A DNA stretch of 63,196 nucleotides, filler included, from Rhabdomonas costata (GCA_019059605.1; 34 parts of 34 records of this genome joined end to end with filler, not necessarily neighbours in it); one strand, 5' to 3'; positions 1 to 13,180 are shown, counted from the whole stretch's first letter. Made by a program: numbers and translations. Notes: a model not told the origin generated them from the sequence alone.

Positions 1-6
1 GTGTTG

Positions 7-143
7 TTGTATCGCCCCTCCGCGAGTTTTCCGCTGGCCAAAAATTCAACCAACAAGCCCCTGTACTTTCTTGTATTAAGAAGTTGAGCGGGGGCGAGAG
101 GAGGGACATAGGCAAGCGGAAAACTCGCGGAGGGGTGATACAA
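7..143. repeat. Inverted repeat with 33-bp arms (MITE-like)
   Basis: 7-39 TTGTATCGCCCCTCCGCGAGTTTTCCGCTGGCC is the reverse complement of 111-143 GGCAAGCGGAAAACTCGCGGAGGGGTGATACAA with 2 mismatches; spacer 71 bp. Confidence 0.85.
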
Positions 144-1763
144 AGAAAAACACGAACTCACCAGCCGCAGTGCAAGATCAATGCAAAGCAGTCGAAGCAT
201 AGTGCCAGAAGTAAGAGGGCACATCAAGTCAAAGCAAAAAAAAATACATGAAAGAAGCCAGCTCAGAGCTGTGCAGCTTCTTCACTTTCACAAGTTGCAT
301 TGTAGTTGATTACTTCTCCCTTCTCTCTTTCTTGCCACCCCACCCGCCCACTGCCTCACCCCGTCCCGTCCATCATCCTGCACCCAGAGGCGTCCGATTG
401 ACTTGCGTTTTTGTGGAATTGGGCTGTCGGTTTTTTGTACGGCCCACTTCCTCACAGTTTTGTTCCTTCTGCCCGAGAAGGAAACAAAGGCCTCAGTGAC
501 ACAAGAAACATCTCAGCACCCTTCCCGAGACACGAAAGGGTGTACGAAGAAGCTCACCCCACAGAAACACTCAAGCATAGTCAAGACGATGTCACCGCCA
601 TCCACTCTCATGCAGGTGCGGAGGGCAGGTGCTAAAATTTCACCTCTCAGCTCTGGAAAAAAAACACGTGTGCATCAGTAGTCCGAGAAGAGCACAAGCG
701 TAAGAGTACATGAGAGCACGAGAGGATAATCGGCAATCGATACAGATGAAAACCTGTGTGAGCAGAACGAACCCTACACACACAGAAGTGAGGGTAGAGA
801 GACGGGAAAGGTGATGAGAGAAGAGGGGTGGACAGGACAGGACAGAAGTCCCAGCATCTATGCTAGGGACCGAAAAGGTGGCGCCTTTCGAAAAAGAGCA
901 CGGCTGTACAAAAGTGGAGCGTCACCCCTCCCTTCAACCGAAAAAAAATGATGTGCCCACTCTGGTGAGAAGACTTCACCATTCAAAAGGAAACCGGGGG
1001 GCATTTGCTCCACACGCATTGCAGTTCACGGTTAGGTGAGCTCAAGTTGTGGTGTGGTCTTCCATCGCGGGCCAGTGGTATGTGGTCACTGCGAAAGTCA
1101 CACAACGACGATATTCCACCGGAAGAGAGGAGAGTGCACGCCTCGAAACCCCAATTCAGAGAAGCCGCAAAAACACTCGCGTTGAAGTCCCTTTCTTTCA
1201 GGCGCCAGGGGTAAAACAGGGGTAAAACATCAAATATTCCAATAATAGTGTGGTGGCGAAGATAATCGACGCGTGGTTCCATCATTAAGCGTTGGTCCCA
1301 GGCTGCGTCCAGGTCGAAAAGGCTTCCTGTCCAAAAACTTTGGGTCTTAGCCAGTTCCATCCCTCTGTCTTAGCTCGGGCAGTCGCACGTGCTGACTCCG
1401 TCGGGGAGCTTCCGTCCCTCTGATTTTCAGCTCCTTCTCCCATCAGTATGCAGTACCCCACACACATATCAAAGAATCGGCGCAAAGGGCCGCGGCTTCT
1501 AGAAACAAACCCCTTTGTACATACGGGAAAAAACCGATGCTGCCGCTGATGAAAGTTGTGTCCTTGCCACAACTGCAGCAGTAGAAAATTGCCTCGTGTA
1601 CCCTTTGCAAAGTTTTGCACCACACATGCATACGCACACCTCGGTTGCTGAGGAAGCGAAAAGAAGGAAAACATGAAAATTACTGCCTTTTGCCCTCTAG
1701 GAAAAAATCCTGCTCAACTATACTCCATGCCAGCTTTGGTACGAGTTTCGTTCCCACACACCC

Positions 1764-1863
1764 NNNNNNNNNNNNNNNNNNNNNNNNNNNNNNNNNNNNN
1801 NNNNNNNTTAATTAATTAANNNNNNNNNNNNNNNNNNNNNNNNNNNNNNNNNNNNNNNNNNNN
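1764..1863. other. Artificial contig-joining spacer (first of 33; 44 N + TTAATTAATTAA + 44 N)
   Basis: The same 100-nt block recurs every ~1.86 kb, and TTAATTAATTAA gives stops in all six frames. Contigs run 1-1763, 1864-3625, 3726-5488 ... 61436-63196, all ~1.75-1.77 kb. Confidence 0.99.
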
Positions 1864-3625
1864 GGTTTTGGTGTTCTGCAGCACAATGGAGCACGGCGTA
1901 CACTTGATGGACACCCCGCGCTGCTGCTCATCGATCCGCACGTCGGTGTGACGGCCCTCGGTGTGCAGGAGGTAGTCCATGAAGGTCGTCTTGCCGTGGT
2001 GCAGGTGCCCGATCAGTGCCACGTTGCGCACGAACTGCGGGTTCTCGGTCAGCCCTGCGTATTGGAGGAGGGAGGAGGAGGAGAGTCGAGCCACCAAACC
2101 GAGGCGCTGATACCCAGCGCAGCCAGGAATGGGGGAAAAGGTCACTCCTACACTACTCGGTGTTTATTTTGTCCGCGTCACCTCAAAAAGTCACAACTAA
2201 CAAAAGCGATCGGTTGCGCTTTTTTCAAGCTGATTTTAACCTTCAGCTGCCACCTCTTTAACTTTTGAGATGACACGGGCCATATTTCGAAAGCGATGGG
2301 GCTCCGGACCCGGGCGCGAGCGAGCCATTCTGAGCGATTTGCAGAGCTGAGTCGGGTTTTAACCTGCTGCGTAGCTTGTGCTGGGGGTCAACTCGCACCC
2401 CCAGGACTCGTCGCCGCTCCCATTCCGAGAGGGAAAATGCAAGGAAAGAACCATTGACGGCGCCGGTTTTTGTTTTCGAGGCCTTTTCCATTCAACAAAC
2501 GCGGGAGAATGGGGGAGGACTCCAAAAATCGATTGAAAGGCATTCCCCATATTAAAGCAGGATAGATGTATTTAGCTCAGGCTGCCACACTTTTGCGTTG
2601 GCCTCTTTCCCAGACAGCAAAGGCAACGAGGACGACTGGTCAGTGCACTTTTCGATCCACCCGTGGGAAGGACAAGAAACCACATCGATTCCTTTGAGCG
2701 GGAATCGTTCGATAAACCCCAGTTAAAGCTCAGAAATCAGAAATCATGAAAGAAAGGTTAGGTCGAGGACATGAAGAGCATCAGGACCAATCATGAAGGA
2801 GTGGGCCTGGGACTGGTCCCCCTTCGGGGGCTTCACGGGCATGTTGAACTGCTTGATCTTTACTGGGGCGATCACGGGCTTATCCAGTGGCTGAGTGTCC
2901 TCTTCTTCTACTCGCACCTCCGCGTCGCCGTACAGCTCCTCGGCGTCGGGGTAGAATTTTTTGTCCTCGTGCAGAACAATCTGAAAAGGCGCATGTGAGA
3001 ATGCACATAGGTGCTGATTGCTGAGGTGTCCAAAGGACTCACCTCACATACAAATCCCAATACTTGCAAGGAGATACCATCAGATGGAACGACCCCCCCA
3101 AAAACTCAACCAAAAAACAACAAAATAAAGACATCTGTGCGTTTCTCACTCTTGCACGCTCAGGATGATGCTCACAACCCACCAAGGAACGGGAATTGGA
3201 AGGAGTGTGGGTGGGGGGACAAGGCATAAGGCATGCATTAGGGAAGTAGAGCTGCAGAGAAGGTCATCGCGACAAGTGTCCGAAGTTGAAGGCAGCTCAG
3301 CCAGCAAATAAGAGCTGATGAAGCAATTGAACTGACCCACGGAGGAGATCAGGGGAACGTGCAGCTCATAAAACACCTCAACGTAAAAAACGTGATAACT
3401 CCATCACAGGGTCCGTCTATCGTCTGAAGAGATTATTCCCTCAACCACACACACCCCTCCCAGCGGCACACACAATCATAAGCAAAACCAAAGCAGCCAG
3501 TGGGGTGCACCTGGTTCAGCTGCTCTCCCCCGTGGGCCCCGTCGGCCGGGACAAGGGCCATCTCAGGCTCCCCGGGCCGCCCACCGGCTGCGGTAGTGTC
3601 TTCCTCCTCGTCGTCGACCACTTCA
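1864..3625 (-). CDS. EFTUD2: U5 snRNP 116-kDa GTPase Snu114/EFTUD2, N-terminal part (exons 3625-3511, 2980-2788, 2054-1864)
   Basis: Spliced via two GT-AG introns it reads ...EQLNQ|IVLHEDKKFYPDAEELYGDAEVRVEEEDTQPLDKPVIAPVK...SFMIG|LTENPQFVRNVALIGHLHHGKTTFMD...EQQRGVSIKCTP. This contains the Snu114-specific N-terminal motif (LHEDKKxYP...EEDTQPL) and the GHLHHGKT P-loop; intron phases are compatible. Confidence 0.95.
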
Positions 3626-3887
3626 NNNNNNNNNNNNNNNNNNNNNNNNNNNNNNNNNNNNNNNNNNNNTTAATTAATTAANNNNNNNNNNNNNNNNNNN
3701 NNNNNNNNNNNNNNNNNNNNNNNNNGGGTTGGTGGGATACTCTAGCTCTATTCTGTTTTTTTTGCTTCGCTGCTCCCCTTGCATTTTCAGTCTGTGCGGC
3801 TCAATGTGACCAGCGCATACGCAAACAGTGACAGCTAGACAAAGAGACACTGGCACGCACATGTGCACTGTGTGTCTTGTTGCGAAG

Positions 3888-3995
3888 GGTGTGGAGGAAG
3901 CTGCGGTGTTTGCGGGGCTTCCCAGACATGTACCTCTGCGGGGCAGTGCCAGTGCGTGCCGAAGTGTGGGCAGTGCGGGCCCGACGGCTGTGGAG
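3888..3995 (+). CDS. Exon of a Cys/Gly-rich extracellular repeat protein (CGPDGCGG/CGGSCG type)
   Basis: aag|...|gtgtgt, 108 nt, phase 1-1; encodes GCGGSCGVCGASQTCTSAGQCQCVPKCGQCGPDGCGG. Confidence 0.7.
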
Positions 3996-5702
3996 GTGTG
4001 TTTCCGAACAGCTGTACGGGCACGTGTGTCTGTGTTTTTGTTCGTTGTTATTTTTGGATTAGGTGCATTTTTCTCTCATTTAGCGATGCTGCAGATGCTA
4101 TTCTTATATTTACTACCTGTGTGCTTCGCTCGGGATGGCGTGGTGGGCGACAGGTGAAATATGAGCTTACCAAAGGTCGACAACCCTGGAGAGCACCATC
4201 AAGTGGGTTGAGACAAAGTCAGGGCGGAAGTGTCCACCAAAGAACGCGGGTGCCGCATCATGGCCCTGGCTGTCGACGGTGCTTGCAGTAGGACATGCAG
4301 CGCAGTCGAAAAATGAGAGTAAATATCCAAAGATGGGAGTAAGGTGTTCCCCAAAAAAGACGTTGAAATCGACAGATGCAAGGACCAAAACCCCAACACC
4401 ACCGGCGCTCCGGAAAGGTGGTTGGCAAGCGCAGACTGTTGCAGGTTTGATGCGTGTGCTTTCATTGTGCACTTTCCAAGGACCAAGCAGGGTGGCCAAG
4501 GAAGGTGAAAAGTTGAAAAGAACAAACCCTGCTGACGCAAAAACAAAAATATGGCAGCATGGCTGTGAGTGCAAGAAGTGGGAAGTAACGTTCCGCCCTC
4601 TCCAACCCGCTGGTCTGTCTGCTTCCCGGTTTGACTTCGAATTCCCCACCCTTATGCGTCTGGTGGGATATCACACTGAAATAGGTCAGAATGGTTTGCC
4701 CCATCAGCTCCACCGCACCACTCATTTGCCAGATTTCCACCACTTGACCGGCCTTCTGACGGTTTGGGCTGCAAATCAGAGCGCCCGGCTACCGTCCGCA
4801 GCAAAACCCGGAGCAAGGGGATCTTGTGATTAAGGAGTGGGTCGAAACATAAAGGAGCCCCTTGTTCATCCTCTTACCTTCATTTTCCTTCGTTTCTCGC
4901 AGTTACTCATCACTGATCCACTGATCCTAGGGCGAAAGCTACCGAATGGATCAGCAACAGATTGTTCATCGTTTTTACGTAAATGCGCAACGGCACTGCT
5001 GCACAGGGCACTGCTGAGGTTCAGCACGGCATTGAGCACAGAATAAGTGGGGGAAAGAGTTGCAGTGGAGGAGATCAAAATGTCAATAAGAAGAAGAAAG
5101 GGACACCAAAAACGAGGAACGCGATTCACGCAGGAGGAAAAATGCAAAGTGCACGGATGGAGGAATGCAAACATCGAAATTATTCGAGTGATTCTTTTAC
5201 AGTTAATCTTCTTTGGACAAAATATCGCCACGTTTTGATAACCAGAACCCTGACCCGTTACTCCTAAAAGTACAGGAAAGCAAATAACCGGCTAAGGTCA
5301 AAAATCTTCCCGCGGTAAAAAAACCTTCCCGCAAAGAGGAATTCACAGATGAACACACTGGAACTGCTTGCAAATGTCGTCTTCAGTAGTTACACGATGT
5401 CGGACAGCAACCAGAAGCAAGAAATACACAAAAAGAAGATCTCTTTCAAATTGAACCGGAAGACCAGCTCCTGCACTCTAGAGTTGAANNNNNNNNNNNN
5501 NNNNNNNNNNNNNNNNNNNNNNNNNNNNNNNNTTAATTAATTAANNNNNNNNNNNNNNNNNNNNNNNNNNNNNNNNNNNNNNNNNNNNTGTGTTTTTTGT
5601 TTACGGCGACAGATGAGGCGCTGAAATGAGAAGGATAGGGCTGTCACTCTGGTTGTGTTGTGTTTGTGTTTGGGGTGGTGAGGGTGGCGCGACGAATCAC
5701 AG

Positions 5703-5820
5703 ATTTTGGGAGGGAGCGGTCTGCTCGGAGTGCCAGGCCGGGTACTACGGTGCGGGCTGCCAGAGTCAATGCCCCGGTGGGGCATGCAACCCATGCAGCT
5801 TGCATGGCACTTGCTCCGCG
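5703..5820 (+). CDS. Exon of a laminin-type EGF/EGF-like repeat surface protein
   Basis: cag|...|gtgtgc; encodes FWEGAVCSECQAGYYGAGCQSQCPGGACNPCSLHGTCSA (CxxCxxGYYGxxC...CSxHGxC pattern). Confidence 0.8.
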
Positions 5821-6199
5821 GTGTGCCACCGCGCTTTCACCCCCCCCCCCCCCACTGGGGTGGATTGAGTTTTTTGTTGTTCTTTTCCTGTCATTAGATG
5901 AGGGGACAACCACTGACCTGCGATAGTTGGCTCTACAGCCTGCAAGTTGTTTATCTCCGTGGGAGGGGACACTGAATGCTCTGACCAAATGAGGTATTCG
6001 GATCACAGATAAACTGATCCCGCCTTTAAAGAGAAATTCAGGCGTGTTCGTGTGTGCCTCACTCTCCCGATCTAAGCCGATGAGGTAATCATGTCATGTA
6101 TCGAAAACAGCAACAGCAACAGCGGAGGCTGATGTACCGGGTCGTTGACAATAACTGATAAACCCGAATTACCCGTGCCCGTCGGGAGTGAGCAAGGGA

Positions 6200-6800
6200 A
6201 CGAAGGCATTGTTGCTTTCAATTACTCCCACGGTTTATTGGGGAGGATCTTGCGACCGCTGCAGGTGGCAAGTAGTAACGCAAACGAGACTGGCGGCAAC
6301 GCCCTGGGAGATGAAATCACTGGCACGTTCTCGTATTGTCTTGTTGAGCATGTCGGCGACGAGTGATGCCGGTGGTATGCCACAGCCAACAAGCGTAGGC
6401 GTGTTCCAGGGCGGCTTCGTGACTGAGAGGAAGAGTCCATGTCTCTGCCCCATAAAGTGCGATGGGACGATCATGGTCTGATAGATGCGTGTCTTTAGAT
6501 GAGAAGTTTTGGTGTTCGAAAGACGACGGAGGAGGCTGTACTGGATGGTCTCTAGCAGGTGCTGCTCCAACAGGTCCTGTGCGTGTACATGTTTCCCCTA
6601 TCTTGATCATCTCTCCAGGATCGTCTGATAGAGTTCTCTGAGATCCGGTTCCGAAAGGCTTATGCCGCCTTGTGACTCTGCTATCACCGTTTGCAAGCGT
6701 GCCGTAAAGCTTGCTTCAACTGACTGCATAGATGTGGGTTGCCCGAGACAGTACTTGGCCTTGGATTGTGTTTTTCGCCTCGCGAGTGGAACGGACTCGT
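6200..6800 (-). mobile_element. Decayed non-LTR retrotransposon (RTE/CR1-like) RT C-terminal region; boundaries approximate
   Basis: Two overlapping minus-strand frames join as LKTRIYQTMIVP / IALYGAETWTLPLSHEAALEHAYACWLWHTTGITRR. LYGAETW (about 6457-6437) is a characteristic LINE post-RT motif. The region is frameshifted and has stops. Confidence 0.65.
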
Positions 6801-7524
6801 CGATTCTGAAGCTGAAGGGGCCATTATTTCTCGGTCATGTATCTTGACTTCTGGGGCTTGCTCTGGAGAGGTTGGCGGCCGAGACCACCCGTTGTAGGGA
6901 CGATTTAAGGTGAGTCTAGTGGGTGTCGAGACCCTCAGGGAAATCGAGGGGATTGTTGCGCAGATCATGTCGAAGGGCTTCGCGCTCCTTGTCGGGGAGT
7001 TGGCAGGTGTTAGCCCTGTCAATTCGTGCAGTCCAGTGGGAAGCTCGAGCGAACCAGGGATACTAGGTTTCTATTCTGGTGAAGAGGCGGGCAAAGGGAC
7101 GGTCGAGGCGCTGTTGACGTGTTGCCCGTGAGTGTCAAGGCAATACCATCTCTTCTTACACCCTTGGCACCGTTGACACACGGGAAGCATCATTGTGGGT
7201 TTTGAGACCTCACCCCAGGCCGTGCTGACGAGGGCGTTCACACCCCTTGGGTTTCCTGCACCTCAATGACGAGAGTGCCGGCTCTGGGGCGTAGTAATAT
7301 ATAATACCAGAGTAGCCAAGTGGCTGTCGTGAGCGGGTGAGTGAATTCGGNNNNNNNNNNNNNNNNNNNNNNNNNNNNNNNNNNNNNNNNNNNNTTAATT
7401 AATTAANNNNNNNNNNNNNNNNNNNNNNNNNNNNNNNNNNNNNNNNNNNNTTGTGTCACGCAACTTGTCATATTGAGGTTCCACACTACGGTGCATTGCA
7501 TTCCCTGTTTGGTGGGAAACGCAG

Positions 7525-7697
7525 TGCAGAAGAAGCGCGAGAAGGCCACAATGGATGCGCAGCAGGTCCCCCACGACAATGCCCTGCTGCAGTCCAAGCT
7601 GCTGCGACTGAAGGCCCAGCGCCGGAAGGAGCGTGAGACGCAGAAGGCCAAGGAGGCCGAGAAGCTGGCCGCCCGCGAGGCCGGCGTTACCCTCTGA
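7525..7697 (+). CDS. Terminal exon of an unknown K/E-rich coiled-coil protein
   Basis: cgcag| acceptor, GC3-rich codons, QKKREKATMDAQQ...KEAEKLAAREAGVTL-stop. Confidence 0.6.
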
Positions 7698-8264
7698 CAC
7701 ACGGAGTGAGTGCGTCCGTGCCTTACTGTCCGAGACTGTGGGGAAGCGATTCAGCCTCCCGATGCACTTACTCGGTGGCCTCAACCGGTGTGGTGACAAC
7801 AAGAGACGTTGGTGCCGTCCCCATCCAACGTCTCCCCTGGCAACGCCACCCACTCTTGTCCTTATGGTTTGGTGCAAAGGTCGTGCTGATTCAAGGCTGT
7901 TCTAGGGGAAAGGGGAAGAATTCAGTTCTTGCGTCTGAGTTTATTCAATGGTATCCTCCCCTTCCCGGTTCCCATCACACTCGCAGCAAAATCGGGTGCA
8001 TTCCTGGTGGTGGAAGGGTTCCTTAAATGTCCAATTTAATTTTGCCCCCTTTCTATTGCGGTGGTTGCGGTGCCAGCCTTTAATTTTGTCCCCAGCTTCT
8101 TCAATGCCTTCAAAGTATTCAGTCGCATCGCTTCTCCAATTGCCTTCCTTCAGACTTTTTTACGCACTTCCCTTTTCCAACCCTTCACGTGCCAAAGAGA
8201 GAAAGGTGCTTTCTCGCTTCCACCAGCACGCACTTGCCGCATCCTCACGCGCTCTGCACGGAAA

Positions 8265-9213
8265 ATGACTTCCATGATGTCCTCCACCGGGGCGGAGCGC
8301 TCGCACACTGACGACTGGAAGGGCAGCGGTGCGAAGCAGACTCTCTTCCCCAGCCTGCCCGCTGATGTCGAGGTAAGCTCCTGTGTGCGTGTATCTTGCC
8401 CGCCCGAATCCGTCAGTTGTAGCCGAATATTATTCTAGCACGGGGATTAGGCAAAGTCTTCCTTTACCTCTGGTTGGTGTGGTTATTTTTTCTGAAGGAG
8501 ATCAGACATGTTGATCCACTGCCTCTAGATGCCATTTTTATAGTTTAAGATTATCTACCGTTGAGCAGCATCAAATGTTAAACGCCTCGCATGGACGCTG
8601 GAGTGAGACGAAAGAGTGGTCGCGTATCGCGTTGCCATGTCACGCCACCTGATTCACCGAACGAGCAACTGCTGCCCCGCTTTGCAGCATTTTGACCCAC
8701 CCTCCCCACGGAAGCTAAGCTCAAGCGGGTGCTTGGTTTCAAAGCGATTGACAGTTTTGGTTAGTGGCCCATAGGTGCTGCATCTATGGAAACCCTGGAG
8801 GGAGAGTAAGGGTCGTCACGTGGTTCGCGAGTAGAAGCGAGAGCCAGTTTTCCCTTCGTCAACCCGACAATAGGACTCTCATCCGCACGTCCCCTTGACT
8901 ACTGCAACAGGACTCAAAGTTAACGCATCGCCTGTTTTTGCTGATGTAAGCGTGTGCGGCCTCCGATCGCTGCGCTGCGTTGGCTTTGTGGGTTCGTTGG
9001 ATATCGCTCCTTCTTCAGAATGAACCTCGTGGACCTTGACCACCGTCAATTCTCTGCCATGTTTTTTCAGGAGAGGCTCAGTGCGTCCATTGCGGAGGTT
9101 ACCCTCGCCGATGTGCCAGGCAAACGCAAGGGCCATCCTCTGTACACCACCTCCAACGGCGACTACGGCGTCCGCAAGACTGCTACAACCACCGGAGAGT
9201 TGGCCAACCACCA
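8265..9213 (+). CDS. Small protein, likely PIERCE/DUF4490-like ciliary microtubule inner protein (exons 8265-8372, 9071-9213+)
   Basis: ATG follows a long pyrimidine tract plus AG. GAG|gtaagc ... ttttcag|GAG joins in phase 0. Contains HPLYTTSNGDYG, resembling the YxTSNxxYG motif of the DUF4490 family (family call from motif memory only). Confidence 0.55.
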
Positions 9214-11601
9214 NNNNNNNNNNNNNNNNNNNNNNNNNNNNNNNNNNNNNNNNNNNNTTAATTAATTAANNNNNNNNNNNNNNNNNNNNNNNNNNNNNNN
9301 NNNNNNNNNNNNNGGTGGTGGGTACCAAGAAACCTGCTTCCCATTGTTTTGGGTGACCCAGGATTTTTCCTGCCTGTTGTTTTTCCTCCTTGTGGGTGTG
9401 CCCCGATGTTAGTCCGCTTTGCTTGGGTCGAGCCCTGTGACGGGCTGATTTCACCCCTCTAGGAGTTTCATCGGTGCCTTTCTTGGCCCTGGCCAGTTTC
9501 GTCCCCCATTCCGCCCGCTGTTCAGCAATTACGTAGCGGCGTCATGAGCAGCAAAGGCTGCTCAGCTGATTAGCAAGGACAACATAAGAAAGTTCTGCGA
9601 GGGTTGCGGAAATCCGAACAGAACGGGTTTATACTTCTTAACTTCTAGGGTAGGTGGAAACTACTTGGTCAGGTGATTCTGGCGTAGTGCGGCCTTCGCC
9701 AACCACGTTGGGCGCCAAGCACGTCCATTTGGGATTATTAGTTTTTGGAAAAGCGGAGGGTTCCCAAGCGTCTTAGAGGCCGCTTTTGCACGATATTGCA
9801 AGGGCTTTACCGTTCCAGGTCTTCCTGAGGAGCGTTCGCTGCTTGACTGTCATTGGTATTGATCAACAAAGGGGAGGAGAAGGATTGAAGATGGAGGGGT
9901 GGGGGACGAAACCGGCCAAGGTCCTTTTTCTCGCTCGAGGTATATACGGATTGTCGCACCAGGATGGTGCCAGTCTTTGCACGTCTCTCATTCTCACACA
10001 TGCTCCGCTTTCTTTGTCACTCACGTTCCATACAAAGTAACGGGCTGTCTGCGTGGGCTGAGCCTTGGATTCTTTGAGGTTCTTCCCCGTGCATGTTTTT
10101 CTGTGTTAAGGGTTGTGTGGCTTTCTCTCCTGCTGCACGACTCTTTTTTTTTCTGGTGCGACTGCCCGGCTTCACGGGGCACTCGCCCGGTTCGGCGGGA
10201 ATTGCACAGCGGTGAGAACCTTCCACCTGTTGCCTTTCGTGCTTCCCCTGTTCAGTGTGCGGAAGTGGATGTGGAACATCATTGAAAATAGGGAAGAAGG
10301 AAGATGTGCTGTGGGTGCGGACAGAGATCAAAATTTTATTCAGTCACCGGAAACTGGGCAGCGGGCTCTCAGCGCGGCTATTCCATTTCAGGGTGTTCGC
10401 AGTGTGTCCCATTGAGGTTGATTTGGTTATTTGTGGTTTCCCTCGTATGCGTAGGTCGTCTTTTAGGTCGGGTATAAAAAACTTGTCACCTGGCAGGATC
10501 GTTTGTCTGTTGGTCTCAGCCTGCGAGAAATGAAGTGGGAGGCATAATTCGACAACCAAGGCGCGGATCCCAGCTGCAGCGATCAAAGCGCGAAACGCAA
10601 GCCAAAGGCGGGATAGAACAACAGGAGAACAACAGGGGTCAACTGTCCGATTCTGCTCTTTTTCACGCCAATCCTTTCCTTATAAATCCTCTCGTCAGCT
10701 ATGTCGTCCCCAAGGCATCCAAAAATTCAACCGATGGACAAATCGAAAACCCACCATGTTCATCAACTTATTTCCTCTTTGAGATTTTCGGGTGATATGG
10801 CTGAAACGTGGAGGAAAAAAGCACATAAGACGGAATCCTGCGTATATTGCCTATGCTCCATTGCCGTGCTTTCCTGTTTTGCGGCTGCTCTTTTGGCGCT
10901 GCCTTACGGCCTCCTGCTCATAACTCCACGCTCTAATTCCTCCTCCCTCCACTCTCCGTTTGTGCTCAGCGCGCCCAACACCAGGAGCAACAGGCGGGGG
11001 TGTTCCAGCATCCAGTTGCAGTCAAATTGCTCGGTAACCACATGGACCCATTTTAATGCACCCCCCCCCCCCCCCANNNNNNNNNNNNNNNNNNNNNNNN
11101 NNNNNNNNNNNNNNNNNNNNTTAATTAATTAANNNNNNNNNNNNNNNNNNNNNNNNNNNNNNNNNNNNNNNNNNNNTGGGGTGTTGCACGGCTGTGTTTG
11201 CAGGCGCGACTCGCCCGTCCCCCCGCGGGTCCGCCTGCGCCTGCAAACACAGCCGTGCAATACCACACCTATCGGAAACTGCAACGCGTCAGTTGATTTT
11301 CTTCAAGCACAGAGACTCTCTCAAGTGTGTTCGAATCGAAAGCGATTCAAGGAAGTAAAACGTACAACGAACAAACAGGTTTAAAAGGAATTCGTACCAA
11401 ACCATTGCGCATGCGCGGCTCGCGTTTGTGACTGCAGGAATCGTGAACGGTGAAGAAAGGGGCTACCATACCAAACTGAACCATGACACTTTTTGCCTAA
11501 GCTTCGAAAGGAGTGGGAGCCACTTCTTCTGAGGAGGCAAGAAAACCAAAAGAAAAGTGGCAAAAGAAAAAAAGTAAGAGAAGGAAGTCGGGTGGGCCCA
11601 C

Positions 11602-12826
11602 CTTTTCGTCATAGAGAGCTTCGAAGATCTTCCACACTTCCTCCGTGAGCACCGAAGCGGAGGCCTGAACACAACGAGAAAGCAAAGACAACAACCGTCA
11701 CAGACCCCGAAACACTTCCCGACGCACCCTACCGGCAACCCAAAGTTGTAGGGAAGAGCAGGTAACCACGACACACGGCCTCTGCACAGACCCCCAGCAG
11801 TGAGCGTCGATAGAACTCCAAGACTTTCTCCCAGCGGTGGGACAACGAACAAGTTCCCTATTTGTAGTTGGTGGTAGTGGGGTGGCCAACCTGGTCCGCC
11901 TCCGGCTCCCGCCTCCCATTTGACTCCTCAGCGCGGCGCTGCCACTCGCTCAGCTTCGTGTCGATAAGCTTCACAAGAGCCTCCGCTTTGGGCCTATGTG
12001 GTTCCGAGCCGCACAAACACAGAGAGAGTGAGAGAGCGGGCGCCACCGACGCTCCACTGTTCTTTTCATTGCACCACAGACGAACAGCTCACTAAAGGAA
12101 ACCGCGTCTAGGAAATGAGCGGGGCAAGAAATACAAAGCTGAGTGACTTGCGCAGCAGAAAACCTTTGGAAGCAACAAAAAAATCGCGCAGGAAAGGGAA
12201 ACGACAGCCGGAAGGGGGCCGAGGGTGTACCTCAGGGCACGCAGCTCCGAGGAGCTCATGATCCCGATGCTCTTGGAAAGCTCCTCGAGAGCCTGAAATG
12301 TCAAAATAAAAAGAGAATCCACAGCGCTTCAGAAACCATAAGCAGGAGCCGAAGCAGGTCCGGGGTCTTCTGTATGTACAGTGGGCCTTCCCAAAATTTT
12401 GGAGTGACTGAAACAGGTCCGTGGGAAACGTGCAGTCCGGAAAGGGAGCATAAAAACTCGGCTGGCAATGACAACGAAGTAGCTTATGGAGAACCACCTA
12501 TGGGCGAAACCAATGTGGAGGATCGCGGTAAACCTTTCTGCGAATAGTTTTCAACCCTTCTGCATGTGGTTTGTCAGGGACGGGTTCGCAGGTGCAAAAT
12601 ACCCCAGTCAGAGATGAAACCGGTTGCCAATTTTGTCAAGGAGATACTCTTTTGAAGAGGGGAGAGGCAAGGATTCGAGTTTGCTCGAAAAGCTGCCGTG
12701 CAAAATGCGACATGAGTAGAAGCGCAATCAAATCTCACTCACACCGCCAACCCCTCAGCTATGGTGGACTGCTGCTGCTGCTCGGCAGAGTCCTGGCGAG
12801 GAGAGGCCTTGACGTGTTTCCCGTGC
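11602..12826 (-). CDS. Four internal exons of an unknown helical protein (12826-12745, 12292-12231, 11993-11891, 11664-11602)
   Basis: All boundaries are GT-AG and the phases chain consistently: HGKHVK...EGLA|ALEELSKSIGIMSSSELRALR|PKAEALVKLIDTKLSEWQ...EADQ|ASASVLTEEVWKIFEALYDEK. Confidence 0.7.
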
Positions 12827-13180
12827 CTGCAGTGTGACAGAAATCAGAAGGAGAACAGTCCGAGGTGCAAAATCAGAGAACTAAAATGCCAAGGGAATGG
12901 TATTGCAAATCTGCATTTGTCGGGGCGNNNNNNNNNNNNNNNNNNNNNNNNNNNNNNNNNNNNNNNNNNNNTTAATTAATTAANNNNNNNNNNNNNNNNN
13001 NNNNNNNNNNNNNNNNNNNNNNNNNNNCCAGGACATCATACAGTGTCAACATGAGCAATAAAAGGAGCCTTAAAGAAAAAAGGTTCACTGCTGAACGTGT
13101 GCCAGACGTGTGCGCAGAAGCTTTGCTATTCCAAGTGTGCGTTTCACCCCGCAATTATACCCACATTAACTCGTTCACAG

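Noticed and set aside
9314-11076. Possible exons in this contig and in 1-1763, 18617-20376 and 26065-27826
   Set aside because: Isolated AG/GT-bounded candidates could not be chained in phase or matched to a family, so they were left unannotated.
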